Assembly (NCBI RefSeq): GCF_013315695.1
Contig: NZ_CP054353.1
Strand: one strand, 5' to 3'
DNA length: 64,000 nt
Source of the DNA: Escherichia coli
Lineage (GTDB): Bacteria > Pseudomonadota > Gammaproteobacteria > Enterobacterales > Enterobacteriaceae
A program made the position numbers and the translations under genes. This document shows, piece after piece, positions 30,615 to 38,844 of the stretch (the first letter of the stretch is position 1; each line of letters starts with the position of its first letter). The notes beneath the pieces are model-generated. The model worked only from the letters and a program-made list of their open reading frames with translations. It was not told the DNA's origin and searched no databases.

Positions 30615-33011
30615 ATGGCAGTAAAGATTTCAGGTGTACTGAAAGACGGCACAGGAAAACCGGTACAGAACTGCTCAATCCAGCTGAAAGCAAAACGTAA
30701 CAGCACCACGGTGGTAGTGAACACGCTGGCCTCAGAAAATCCGGATGAAGCCGGGCGTTACAGTATGGATGTTGAGTATGGCCAGTACAGCGTTATCCTG
30801 CTGGTTGAAGGTTTTTCGCCTTCACATGCCGGGACCATCACCGTGTATGAAGATTCTAAGCCGGGGACGCTGAATGATTTTCTCGGTGCCATGACGGAAG
30901 ATGATGTCATGCCGGAGGCATTGCGTCGTTTTGAGGAAATGGTGGAAGAAGCGGCACGCAACGCTGAAGCCGCCTCTCAGAGCGCAGCGGCGGCAAAGAA
31001 ATCCGAAACTGCAGCGGCATCATCGAAGAACGCGGCGAAAACCTCAGAAACGAATGCAGCTAATAGTGCACAGGCGGCAGCGACCTCAAAGACTGCATCG
31101 GCAAACTCCGCGACAGCAGCCAAAAAATCAGAAACCAACGCGAAAAATAGCGAGACAGCCGCAAAGACGAGCGAAACCAACGCAAAGTCCAGCCAGACGG
31201 CAGCGAAAACCAGCGAAACGAATGCCAAAGCCAGTGAAACTGCGGCAAAAAACAGCCAGGTTGCAGCAGCCCAAAGCGAGAGCGCGGCAGCCGGTTCTGC
31301 GACTTCAGCAGCTGGATCAGCAACTGCTGCGGCTAACAGCCAGAAAGCTGCGAAGACGAGTGAAACTAACGCAAAGTCCAGCCAGACGGCAGCGAAGACC
31401 AGCGAAACGAATGCCAAAGCCAGCGAAACTGCGGCGAAAAACAGTCAGGATGCAGCAGCCCAAAGCGAGAGTGCTGCAGCTGGTTCTGCAAGCGCGGCGG
31501 CTGCTTCTGCCACTGCATCAGCCAACAGTCAAAAAGCAGCAAAAACCAGTGAAACCAATGCAAAGACAAGCGAGACTGCAGCGGCGAACTCGGCGAAAGC
31601 ATCGGCAGCAAGCCAGACAGCAGCTAAAGCAAGTGAAGACGCAGCCAGAGAGTATGCAAGTCAGGCAGCAGAGCCGTATAAATATGTCTTACAGCCACTG
31701 CCTGATGTGTGGATACCGTTTAACGATTCACTGGATATGATTACGGGCTTTTCGCCGTCATATAAAAAAATTGTTATTGGTGATGATGAAATAACGATGC
31801 CTGGCGACAAGGTTGTTAAGTTTAAACGCGCATCAACTGCCACATATATCAATAAATCAGGCGTATTTAGTGTTGCTAAAATTGATGAGCCACGATTTGA
31901 AAAAGAAGGTTTATTGATTGAAGGACAGCGCACTAACTATTTTGTTAAATCCAATACTCCCGCTGAATGGACGAGTACCAGCAATATCGATAAAACTAAT
32001 AATGGTGTTGATGAATTTGGTTTTTCATATGCCAAAATGCGAACAAAAGATAATATGACAGGACAATCATCTGCACTTAGTCTGCATACATGCAGTGCAT
32101 CCCGGGGGATTGATGTTAGTGGCGATAATAAGTATTGCACTGTTTCATGCAGGGTTAAAGCTCCTGATGGTCTTCGTTGTCGTTTGCGTTTTGAAAAATA
32201 CGATGGGTCGGTTTATACATTTTTAGGAGATGCTTATTTAACTTTCGGAACTCTGATAATAGAAAAAACTGGCGGAGCAGCCAATAGAATAGCAGCTACT
32301 GCAACTAAAGATCCGGTTACAGGGTGGATTTTCTATGAGGCAACTATAGAAGCTGTTGAAGGTGAAACCTTAATTGGCGCAATGATTCAGTATGCGCCGA
32401 AAAAAGGTGGTATAACTGAAGCGGGAGATTATATTTACCTTGCAACACCACAATTTGAAAACGGCGGATGTGCTTCATCTTTTGTTATTACGACAACTGC
32501 ACCCGCAACCCGCTCCAGTGATATGGTGACGATCCCAACTGAAAATAATATCTATAATAGACCGCTTACGTGTCTTGTCGAGGTTAATAGAAATTGGGGC
32601 GATATTCCTCCTAATGTAGCACCGCGTATTTTTGATTTTTCTGGTGTGCCACCTATTGAGTCAATTACATACGCTTTTAACACAACTGAGAAATATTACG
32701 GTCAGCTTTATATGCAAACTTATAAAGCGTCGACAAGTACTTACGTTTCTAGTGTGTTTGCTGGTCGAGCTGATGTTCGAAAATTCATTGGTGGTTTTAA
32801 TATTTATTCTGATGGTACTAAACGAGTAGTTTCTAACGGTGAGGCTACTAAAACTATGAAAACGGAGTGGACGGGCGTAAAAACACGGACCTTTATTCGA
32901 ATTGGAGGTCAAGCCACATCGGGAACTCGTCATCTATTCGGCCATTTGAGAAATCTTCGTCTCTGGCATAAAGAATTAACTGATGCGCAAATGGGGGAGA
33001 GTATTAAATGA
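30615..33011 (+). CDS. stf: side tail fibre protein (chimeric): lambda Stf-like N terminus, SETNA-type repeats, novel low-GC distal domain
   Basis: 798-aa uninterrupted ORF. N terminus MAVKISGVLKDGTGKPVQNC... is lambda Stf-like. Residues ~120-345 are Ala/Ser/Thr/Lys repeats. The C-terminal ~450 aa are AT-rich and end in a LamG/ConA-lectin-like signature (HLFGHLRNLRLWHKELTDAQM). Confidence 0.85.
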   Translation: MAVKISGVLKDGTGKPVQNCSIQLKAKRNSTTVVVNTLASENPDEAGRYSMDVEYGQYSVILLVEGFSPSHAGTITVYEDSKPGTLNDFLGAMTEDDVMPEALRRFEEMVEEAARNAEAASQSAAAAKKSETAAASSKNAAKTSETNAANSAQAAATSKTASANSATAAKKSETNAKNSETAAKTSETNAKSSQTAAKTSETNAKASETAAKNSQVAAAQSESAAAGSATSAAGSATAAANSQKAAKTSETNAKSSQTAAKTSETNAKASETAAKNSQDAAAQSESAAAGSASAAAASATASANSQKAAKTSETNAKTSETAAANSAKASAASQTAAKASEDAAREYASQAAEPYKYVLQPLPDVWIPFNDSLDMITGFSPSYKKIVIGDDEITMPGDKVVKFKRASTATYINKSGVFSVAKIDEPRFEKEGLLIEGQRTNYFVKSNTPAEWTSTSNIDKTNNGVDEFGFSYAKMRTKDNMTGQSSALSLHTCSASRGIDVSGDNKYCTVSCRVKAPDGLRCRLRFEKYDGSVYTFLGDAYLTFGTLIIEKTGGAANRIAATATKDPVTGWIFYEATIEAVEGETLIGAMIQYAPKKGGITEAGDYIYLATPQFENGGCASSFVITTTAPATRSSDMVTIPTENNIYNRPLTCLVEVNRNWGDIPPNVAPRIFDFSGVPPIESITYAFNTTEKYYGQLYMQTYKASTSTYVSSVFAGRADVRKFIGGFNIYSDGTKRVVSNGEATKTMKTEWTGVKTRTFIRIGGQATSGTRHLFGHLRNLRLWHKELTDAQMGESIK
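31158..31535 (+). repeat. 189-bp (63-codon) tandem duplication inside stf
   Basis: AAKTSETNAKSSQTAAKTSETNAKASETAAKNSQ.AAAQSESAAAGSA... occurs twice head to tail (31158-31346 and 31347-31535). The first ~125 nt of the two units are nearly identical. Confidence 0.85.
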
Positions 33012-33289
33012 AAGATTTAACACTCAAATTTGCAGACAGGGCCGACTTTTCGGCCTTTATGGAGAGCATTGGCTATTATGATGACGAGTCGATGCAGGAT
33101 GATATTCTTATTGACGTGATAGGTAATGTGTACAAAGAAACCGGAGAACTTACTGAAGATGGCGAGCCGGTATGTGTTAAGGAGGACGGATATTTTGTAA
33201 ATGTGCGCATCATTAATGATTCGCAAATATCGTCATTATTCGATGAATACGTGGTTGCTGTTGAGCATCAACTCCGTAGCTGGATGTGA
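33008..33289 (+). CDS. hypothetical acidic 93-aa protein, translationally coupled to stf
   Basis: ATGA overlap with the stf stop (33008-33011). No family recognised, and it does not resemble Tfa chaperones. Confidence 0.45.
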   Translation: MKDLTLKFADRADFSAFMESIGYYDDESMQDDILIDVIGNVYKETGELTEDGEPVCVKEDGYFVNVRIINDSQISSLFDEYVVAVEHQLRSWM

Positions 33290-33298
33290 GGAAGAAAA

Positions 33299-34003
33299 AT
33301 GGCTACATCGACAGTAATTCCTGATGACATCAAAACGCTAAAGGGAGATGTCAGTAAGGCAAAGGAAGATATTTCCTCAATTAACGTAAAAGTATCAACG
33401 CTTCAGACTGATATGGACAGTGCAAAGCAGGATATCAGTACCAGATACACAAAAACAGAAGTGGATAATAAGCTGAAAAACAAAGTGGAAGTGAACGATC
33501 TGGAAAGTGGTCGTTATGGCGGAGATTTTTACCCGCTGACTGGCCGTGAAGCGTTTTATTTATGGGGATTGGGCACAACTACAGCGGCGGCAAATCTTTA
33601 TCTTAATCCTGACCCTGCAATTTCGTCTGTGCTGCGGTCAACATCGTCTATCCGCTATAAACATTCAGTAGAGACGATAGATTCAGAGCACGCCGATCTC
33701 ATTTTCAGGATGCGCCCTGTGTGGTACAGGTCGCAATGCGAAAATGACAGGCGTGACTGGGGATTCTATGGATTGATTGCCGAGGAAGTAGGAGAAATTG
33801 CCCCTCAGTTTGTTCACTGGCGACCAGCCAACGAAGATGATGCACCGGAAACCATTTCCAGCAATGGCCTTGTTGCCGAAGGTGTAATGTACGAACGTCT
33901 GGTTGTTCCACTGATTCACCATATCCAGAAACTGACTGAAAGAGTTGATGAACTTGAGTCAGAATTGAAGTTGTTATCAACTTCCCAAAGCGATATCGGA
34001 TAA
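33299..34003 (+). CDS. short tail-fibre-like protein with a C-terminal peptidase-S74 intramolecular-chaperone domain
   Basis: 234 aa. GAGGA RBS. N-terminal coiled coil (DIKTLKGDVSKAKEDISSINVKVSTLQTDMDSAKQDIS). C-terminal S74 pattern SSIRYKHSVETID..ADLIFRMRPVWYRS..FYGLIAEEVGEIAPQFV..VMYERLVVPLIHHIQKLTERVDELESELK. Confidence 0.65.
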   Translation: MATSTVIPDDIKTLKGDVSKAKEDISSINVKVSTLQTDMDSAKQDISTRYTKTEVDNKLKNKVEVNDLESGRYGGDFYPLTGREAFYLWGLGTTTAAANLYLNPDPAISSVLRSTSSIRYKHSVETIDSEHADLIFRMRPVWYRSQCENDRRDWGFYGLIAEEVGEIAPQFVHWRPANEDDAPETISSNGLVAEGVMYERLVVPLIHHIQKLTERVDELESELKLLSTSQSDIG

Positions 34004-34013
34004 AGGAGGAGTA

Positions 34014-34307
34014 ATGGATATAACACCTTTTCTTCATGCGCTTTGTGCTGTGGCTGCGCAGGTAATGATTGGTCTTTTTGCCGGAAACTGGGTTTACGGG
34101 GCGATAGCCGGTTGTACGTTCTTCATTGCGCGTGAACACACCCAGGCAGAATATCGCTGGATTGAAATGTTCGGGCATGGCAAGTGGATTAACATGCCGT
34201 GGTGGGGCGGTTTTGATCCGCGTGTTTGGGATGTGGCAAGCCTGATAGATTTTGCTGTGCCGGTGGTGGCGTGTCTGCTGGTCTGGCTGTTGGTTAATCG
34301 TGGGTGA
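34014..34307 (+). CDS. small integral membrane protein (97 aa, about 3 TM segments)
   Basis: ORF 10 nt after the preceding stop, with GGAGGAG upstream. Hydrophobic segments FLHALCAVAAQVMIGLFAG, VYGAIAGCTFFIA and LIDFAVPVVACLLVWLLV. No family recognised. Confidence 0.5.
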   Translation: MDITPFLHALCAVAAQVMIGLFAGNWVYGAIAGCTFFIAREHTQAEYRWIEMFGHGKWINMPWWGGFDPRVWDVASLIDFAVPVVACLLVWLLVNRG

Positions 34308-34326
34308 AAAAAGGTGAGCTGTATAT

Positions 34327-34446
34327 GCAACGGAGGAAGAAACCCCGTTGCTGGAAGCCTGGAAAAAGTATCGGGTGTTGCTGAACCGTGTTGATACATC
34401 AACTGCACCTGATATTGAGTGGCCTACGAACCCTGTCAGGGAGTAA
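34327..34446 (+). pseudogene. tfaD: remnant of a tail-fibre assembly gene (Tfa C-terminal 39 codons only)
   Basis: Hand translation gives [39 protein letters not shown], the conserved Tfa C terminus. No upstream part of the gene is present. Confidence 0.6.
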
Positions 34447-34460
34447 TCATTGGGATTATG

Positions 34461-34493
34461 CCGCAGCACGTCTTAAGCAAGAACGTGCTGCGG
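34461..34493 (+). terminator. hairpin terminator between the tfa remnant and the convergent ybcY
   Basis: CCGCAGCACGT-(11-nt loop)-ACGTGCTGCGG, followed on the plus strand by TTGGATGCTATTTTTT. Confidence 0.5.
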
Positions 34494-34500
34494 TTGGATG

Positions 34501-35169
34501 CTATTTTTTCCCTGAAGCGGAAAACATTACTACAGTACCTTGAACCTTGGTTTTAACATTCTCGAAATGCTCTGAGAGTATATGTGTTAAGCCTTCTTCG
34601 GAATCTTTTGTGTTTGAAAAGATGCCTTTCTGATTGTAAATGCGCATCAGTTTTTGACCGAAGCTATTGTGCACAACTCCATCGCCAAGAATTGTGGCTC
34701 CGTATAGAGTTCCATCGTCAGTTAAGGCCTGCGCCGCATTGCGTATTACACAGCTTTTTGTAGATATATTTCCAGGCAGGCAGTGAAGAAGGTAAAACAT
34801 GGAAATGGAATCAAATTGACCATGTAACGCCGCGGGATAAGGTTCAAAAACATCATGGCTAATTTTATGTTTAATTTTTGATTCCCCAGCCCTTGTAGAT
34901 GCCGCGTTCAGGCTAGCTTCGTTCAAATCCATTAAAGATATCAGACTACTCTCAGGTACGTGAGTAAGGTAAAACCCAGTTCCAACACCAATATCCAGAT
35001 GGTTGTTACCTAAATGTTCCAGAAAGTGTGGAAGAAGGTGTTCCTTTGTAGGACATCCCCATGCAAGCCGATTTGATACTCCCAAAACCCACCAGTCATA
35101 AAGCTTTAGGGTAAGTGGTGTGTAAATTTTAGCCCCATCATCTGTGTTTTTTTTCATTAATTTCACCAT
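34501..35169 (-). CDS. ybcY: class I SAM-dependent methyltransferase (YbcY type), intact
   Basis: 222-aa ORF (alternative start at Met5, 35157, has GGTGA upstream). SAM-binding motif HLDIGVGTGFYL. Confidence 0.8.
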   Translation of the reverse strand: MVKLMKKNTDDGAKIYTPLTLKLYDWWVLGVSNRLAWGCPTKEHLLPHFLEHLGNNHLDIGVGTGFYLTHVPESSLISLMDLNEASLNAASTRAGESKIKHKISHDVFEPYPAALHGQFDSISMFYLLHCLPGNISTKSCVIRNAAQALTDDGTLYGATILGDGVVHNSFGQKLMRIYNQKGIFSNTKDSEEGLTHILSEHFENVKTKVQGTVVMFSASGKK

Positions 35170-35225
35170 GTTATAGTTTTATTTGTGAATTAAATCAATT
35201 ATGGCGATGAATTACAAGGGGTTAA

Positions 35226-35524
35226 ATGCTGCCGCAGCATAGCGATATTGAAATAGCCTGGTATGCTTCGATACAGCAGGAGCCGAATGGCTGGAAGACC
35301 GTCACCACACAGTTCTACATCCAGGAATTCAGTGAGTATATTGCGCCACTGCAGGATGCTGGGAAATCGCAACGGAGGAAGAAAGATCGTTGCTGGAGGC
35401 ATGGAATAAATATCGGGTATTGTTGAATCATGTTGATACATCAGTAGCTCTGGGTATGAAGCTGTTTGTAACTCATGTTACAGTAACAGCCATTACTATC
35501 TCGAAGGTGCAAAATGTATATTGA
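35226..35524 (+). pseudogene. tfaX: frameshifted tail-fibre assembly gene remnant (TfaX-like)
   Basis: Track ORF 35226-35426 ([45 protein letters not shown]...) loses the Tfa frame near 35360. The conserved ...[25 protein letters not shown]... continues in another frame to 35524. Confidence 0.6.
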
Positions 35525-35652
35525 TTTGATATTTTATAAATTTACTTCGAATCTGGCACGTCAACTTTTGATTAAAGTAATATCAGTTTTCGGCGAAAAA
35601 AGGACCGTGTACATGAGACGATTTCATACAAGAATAACAAAAATATGAATAT

Positions 35653-35686
35653 GCTCCCAATGCAATATATGTTTTGCATTGGGAGC
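35653..35686 (-). terminator. rho-independent terminator of the hydrolase gene
   Basis: GCTCCCAATGCA-(10-nt loop)-TGCATTGGGAGC. On the minus strand it is followed by ATATTCATATTTTTGTTATT. Confidence 0.55.
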
Positions 35687-35710
35687 AAATAGCGGAATAT
35701 TTTGAAATTA

Positions 35711-37192
35711 TTATATTTCTGCTTCAGAATTTCCTGGGCAGTATATATTTTCTATTTTTTGTGGAGTGATCAGGTGATGTACAACTGCTTTATCTACACA
35801 TAAATTAACTCCGGTGAGAGCTAATGTATGCCCATCACCATTTATTGTTAGTAACGGGCTGGAAAATTTCTCTGCCATCTTACGGGCATTAATCCAGGGC
35901 GTTGTTGGGTCGTATTTGTGTGCTACAAACAGTAAACCAGAGGGCAGAACAGTATTTTTCAGGCGAGTTTTGTTCAGGTCGCTATGTATTGGCCATAATT
36001 CACAAAAATCAGGTGAATCGGAACGTCCATTGTCAAAGTTAATAGCCGGGAAGGCATTCGCAAGAGCGTCTTTTCGGGATTTTCGCTCTTCTGGTGTTAA
36101 TTGCTCATCCCCCTGATCTACACAGAGGATTACCCCCGAAGCATCGCTTGACTCTTCTGAGGCTATCTGAGCACTGAGCGCAGTTTCAATTTCATTACTG
36201 ACAATCCCCTGAGAGAACTGGCGTATGGCAGTTGCAAGGGTTGGCCATGATGAACGCCATAGCAGAAGGTCTGTTGTTAATGATATGAGTTCATCTGAAG
36301 ATATATTTTCTCCCTTACTGTCTAATAAAGGTTTGTGATGTAATTTTGATAATAGCTCATGGAACTGAGTTATTGCCTTATCTCTGTCTGAAGAAAGCGG
36401 GCAACTTTTTGTACGCGCACACCAGGATGCAAAGCGATCAAACGTTTCCTGATAACTCTGTGCCTGTTTGAGTTGCCATGTGAAGTTGTCCTCCAGGTCA
36501 TCGATATCGACGACTCCATCAAGAACGATAGATCTTACGTTGTAGGGAAAACGTTCTGCATATAAGGCTGCAATTTGAGTTCCATACGAATACGCCACGG
36601 CTGTCAGTTGTTTATCCCCCAAGGCTTGCCTAATACGATCAATATCGTATACAGCCTCGTTAGAGCCGATATGGCGAATGACTTCGGCTCCGGTATTATG
36701 GATACAGGCATTAATTTTATTTAATACTTGTTGCTTTTCGGTTATGTTTTCCTGAGTCTCTGTATCTGATTGCCGGCAGTTTATTGTCGGAGTGGACTGT
36801 CCGACGCCTCGAGGATCAAATCCAATAATATCCCATGACTCACGAAGATTTGTGACTGGCCAGTCAAAGTTAATATAAGGATTTATGCCTGGTAACCCGG
36901 GACCACCACTTATTATCAGGATACTTCCTTTATGCTTGCTTTTTGCCGGCAATTTTGTCAACGCTAGTTTGACTTGTGATTTTTTTTCATAAGAAGCATC
37001 TCCGCCTGTGTCTGTATATTTTAATGGAACAGACAAATAACCACATAGTAAGTCAGGAGACGGTTTTTCCTCACCAAACCAGTGGTTGAATTGACTGGCC
37101 ATACAGGATTGCCACTGTATCTGCTGGGCAGATACGGTTACTGGTAGAAGTAACGTTAAAACAACTTTGAAATGAGTAATTATTTTTCGCAT
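35711..37192 (-). CDS. secreted alpha/beta-hydrolase serine peptidase (S33 / TAP-like tripeptidyl-aminopeptidase family)
   Basis: 493 aa. Signal peptide MRKIITHFKVVLTLLLPVTVSA|QQ. Nucleophile elbow VAYSYGT. C-terminal Asp (KYDPTTPW) and His (INGDGHT). AT-rich codon usage. Confidence 0.75.
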   Translation of the reverse strand: MRKIITHFKVVLTLLLPVTVSAQQIQWQSCMASQFNHWFGEEKPSPDLLCGYLSVPLKYTDTGGDASYEKKSQVKLALTKLPAKSKHKGSILIISGGPGLPGINPYINFDWPVTNLRESWDIIGFDPRGVGQSTPTINCRQSDTETQENITEKQQVLNKINACIHNTGAEVIRHIGSNEAVYDIDRIRQALGDKQLTAVAYSYGTQIAALYAERFPYNVRSIVLDGVVDIDDLEDNFTWQLKQAQSYQETFDRFASWCARTKSCPLSSDRDKAITQFHELLSKLHHKPLLDSKGENISSDELISLTTDLLLWRSSWPTLATAIRQFSQGIVSNEIETALSAQIASEESSDASGVILCVDQGDEQLTPEERKSRKDALANAFPAINFDNGRSDSPDFCELWPIHSDLNKTRLKNTVLPSGLLFVAHKYDPTTPWINARKMAEKFSSPLLTINGDGHTLALTGVNLCVDKAVVHHLITPQKIENIYCPGNSEAEI

Positions 37193-37330
37193 TGTGTCTC
37201 TGAATATCGGAATAAAGATAAGATTTGAATATATTGAGGTCTTGTGTTGCGGTAAGAGATTACACGTTATGACATAGGTTAAATGCTTACAAAATTAGTG
37301 GATATTGTCTACTTGTAACTGTAAACAAAT

Positions 37331-37359
37331 TCCCCGGGGTTATACAATACCACCGGGGA
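37331..37359 (-). terminator. ompT terminator hairpin
   Basis: TCCCCGG...CCGGGGA stem 20 nt below the ompT stop. Followed on the minus strand by ATTTGTTT. Confidence 0.5.
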
Positions 37360-37378
37360 GAAAATCTGGTTAACTTCG

Positions 37379-38332
37379 TTAAAAGGTGTACTTAAGACCA
37401 GCAGTAGTGATGAAGTTATAGTTTTCTATGCCTGCACCATTTTTGCTGTAGTCTGAAGTGTTATCATTGTGATCATAAAGTGAAGTATTACCTTTTTTAT
37501 TCGTAACCCGATTCCATGCGCCTTCAACATAAACTTTTGCGTTAGGTGTTACGTAATAACCTGCATTGACTGCAACAGAATAGTAATTTTGGTCTTTGAC
37601 TTTACTGCGATAAGTGATTCTTTTTCCTGGGTCATAGTGCTCATCGTTATCAGATGCTTCCACCCAGCCGCTGTATTTAAATGTGCCACCTAGCTCAAAA
37701 TCTTCATAACGATAACTTCCAGTCAAGCCAATGTAGGGCATTTTAAAACGTTGTTTGTAGCCGATTGCTCTTTCTCCATTCGGGAAGGAGCCGATATCAT
37801 CTCTGAATCCCTCCTCAGAACTGTAGATATAGGAACCACCTCTGGCTGTAAAGCTATAACGGCTTTCCTGATATCCGGCCATGAGTCCCAGGCGGTAATT
37901 GGGTTCGTTGAGGAGCCAGCCTTTGATATTCAGATCAAATTCGTTGGCATAATTGAGTTGTGTATCAGGGTGCCTACTTTCATCTGTCCAGGTTCCGGGG
38001 TTACTGGAATCCATCCAGTCCTGATCGACCATATTGCCACCTCGGCTGCCGAGAGTAGTCCAGCCCGCAGCCCCAATAGATATCTGGGGCATCAAATCCC
38101 AATTAATTGCACCTTTAATAATTGCAGCGTTATTGAATTTCCAGTCGAGTTGACTGACTTTTCGGCCTCCTTCTTCAGCTAGATAAACGCGCTCTTTTGT
38201 TTTTCCGCTCAGAGTTCCAAGACTAATGTCCGCATTTATGTTGTCAGGAGTAAACGATATAGTCTCGGTAGAAGCAAAAGAGCTGATCGCAATAGGGGTT
38301 GTCAGGACTATTCCCAGAAGTTTCGCCCGCAT
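37379..38332 (-). CDS. ompT: outer-membrane aspartyl (omptin) protease OmpT
   Basis: 317 aa MRAKLLGIVLTTPIAISSFA... ending TTAGLKYTF. Recognised as OmpT. Confidence 0.95.
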   Translation of the reverse strand: MRAKLLGIVLTTPIAISSFASTETISFTPDNINADISLGTLSGKTKERVYLAEEGGRKVSQLDWKFNNAAIIKGAINWDLMPQISIGAAGWTTLGSRGGNMVDQDWMDSSNPGTWTDESRHPDTQLNYANEFDLNIKGWLLNEPNYRLGLMAGYQESRYSFTARGGSYIYSSEEGFRDDIGSFPNGERAIGYKQRFKMPYIGLTGSYRYEDFELGGTFKYSGWVEASDNDEHYDPGKRITYRSKVKDQNYYSVAVNAGYYVTPNAKVYVEGAWNRVTNKKGNTSLYDHNDNTSDYSKNGAGIENYNFITTAGLKYTF

Positions 38333-38754
38333 AAAAGTTCTCCATTCAATCGTTTTAATGATTGAATATGTATTTTTTATATCTAACTTAATGAGTCAAT
38401 TACATATTGCTCCACTGTTTATATTTTGTTTAGTATTGAATGATTATCACAATGCGCTATCTGTTTTTGGTTTAATTATCTGTTATTGTTTTATGTTGCG
38501 GTTTTACTGTGTGGTTTTTTATGCTTTTGTGGTGTTTTTATCTATTTAAGCGCCATGCCTTTAGAGGCATATAAGCGAAAATAGCATGAGGTTTATCCTC
38601 AATTGCTATGTTTTTTGGTACAAAAAAGAGGGACAAAACTGAGACACATAAGGCCTCACAATGGCTTGCAAGGCTTTACATGTTTTGAGGTAGTGGGACG
38701 TGTGAGCGCAGAGATGGCGCGGTAAGTTGTTGACTTAAAATGTCGTTCTAGGAA

Positions 38755-38801
38755 CTTCTAAGTCGTGGGCCGCAGGTTCGAATCCTGCAGGGCGCGCCAT
38801 T
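38755..38801. repeat. prophage attR core (47-bp copy of the argU 3' part)
   Basis: CTTCTAAGTCGTGGGCCGCAGGTTCGAATCCTGCAGGGCGCGCCATT is identical to 2070-2116. The upstream tRNA half is absent, so this is not a functional tRNA. Confidence 0.9.
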
Positions 38802-38844
38802 TCTTCTTCATTTATCCCCGTCTTATCCGTTTCCGCTTTGCCCT

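Noticed and set aside
30901-31740. 279-aa alternative-frame ORF (Arg/Lys/Gln/Pro-rich) and a 146-aa Ala-rich antisense ORF within the stf repeat region; also checked as a possible CRISPR-like or tandem non-coding array
   Set aside because: The periodicity is a 189-bp coding duplication plus degenerate SETNA repeats in the stf frame. GCN-rich repeats stay open in several frames. There is no repeat-spacer architecture.
34094-35441. Two similar minus-strand ORFs (34094-34408 and 35199-35441, both beginning M..MYQH..(S/T).PD..S..PAT.FLPPL) that look like a paralogous gene pair
   Set aside because: Their similarity comes from being antisense translations of the two tfa C-terminal remnants, which are direct repeats on the plus strand. 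The first also overlaps the membrane-protein gene.
38226-38549. 107-aa hydrophobic plus-strand ORF upstream of ompT
   Set aside because: It overlaps the ompT 5' end and its very AT-rich promoter region. The Phe/Ile/Leu-rich translation is what AT-rich DNA yields by chance, and there is no RBS.
38755-38799. A second tRNA-Arg-like sequence near ompT
   Set aside because: Only the 3' 45 nt of argU (anticodon loop to CCA) are present, without the 5' acceptor, D arm or anticodon-stem 5' strand. It is the attR duplicate generated by integration.
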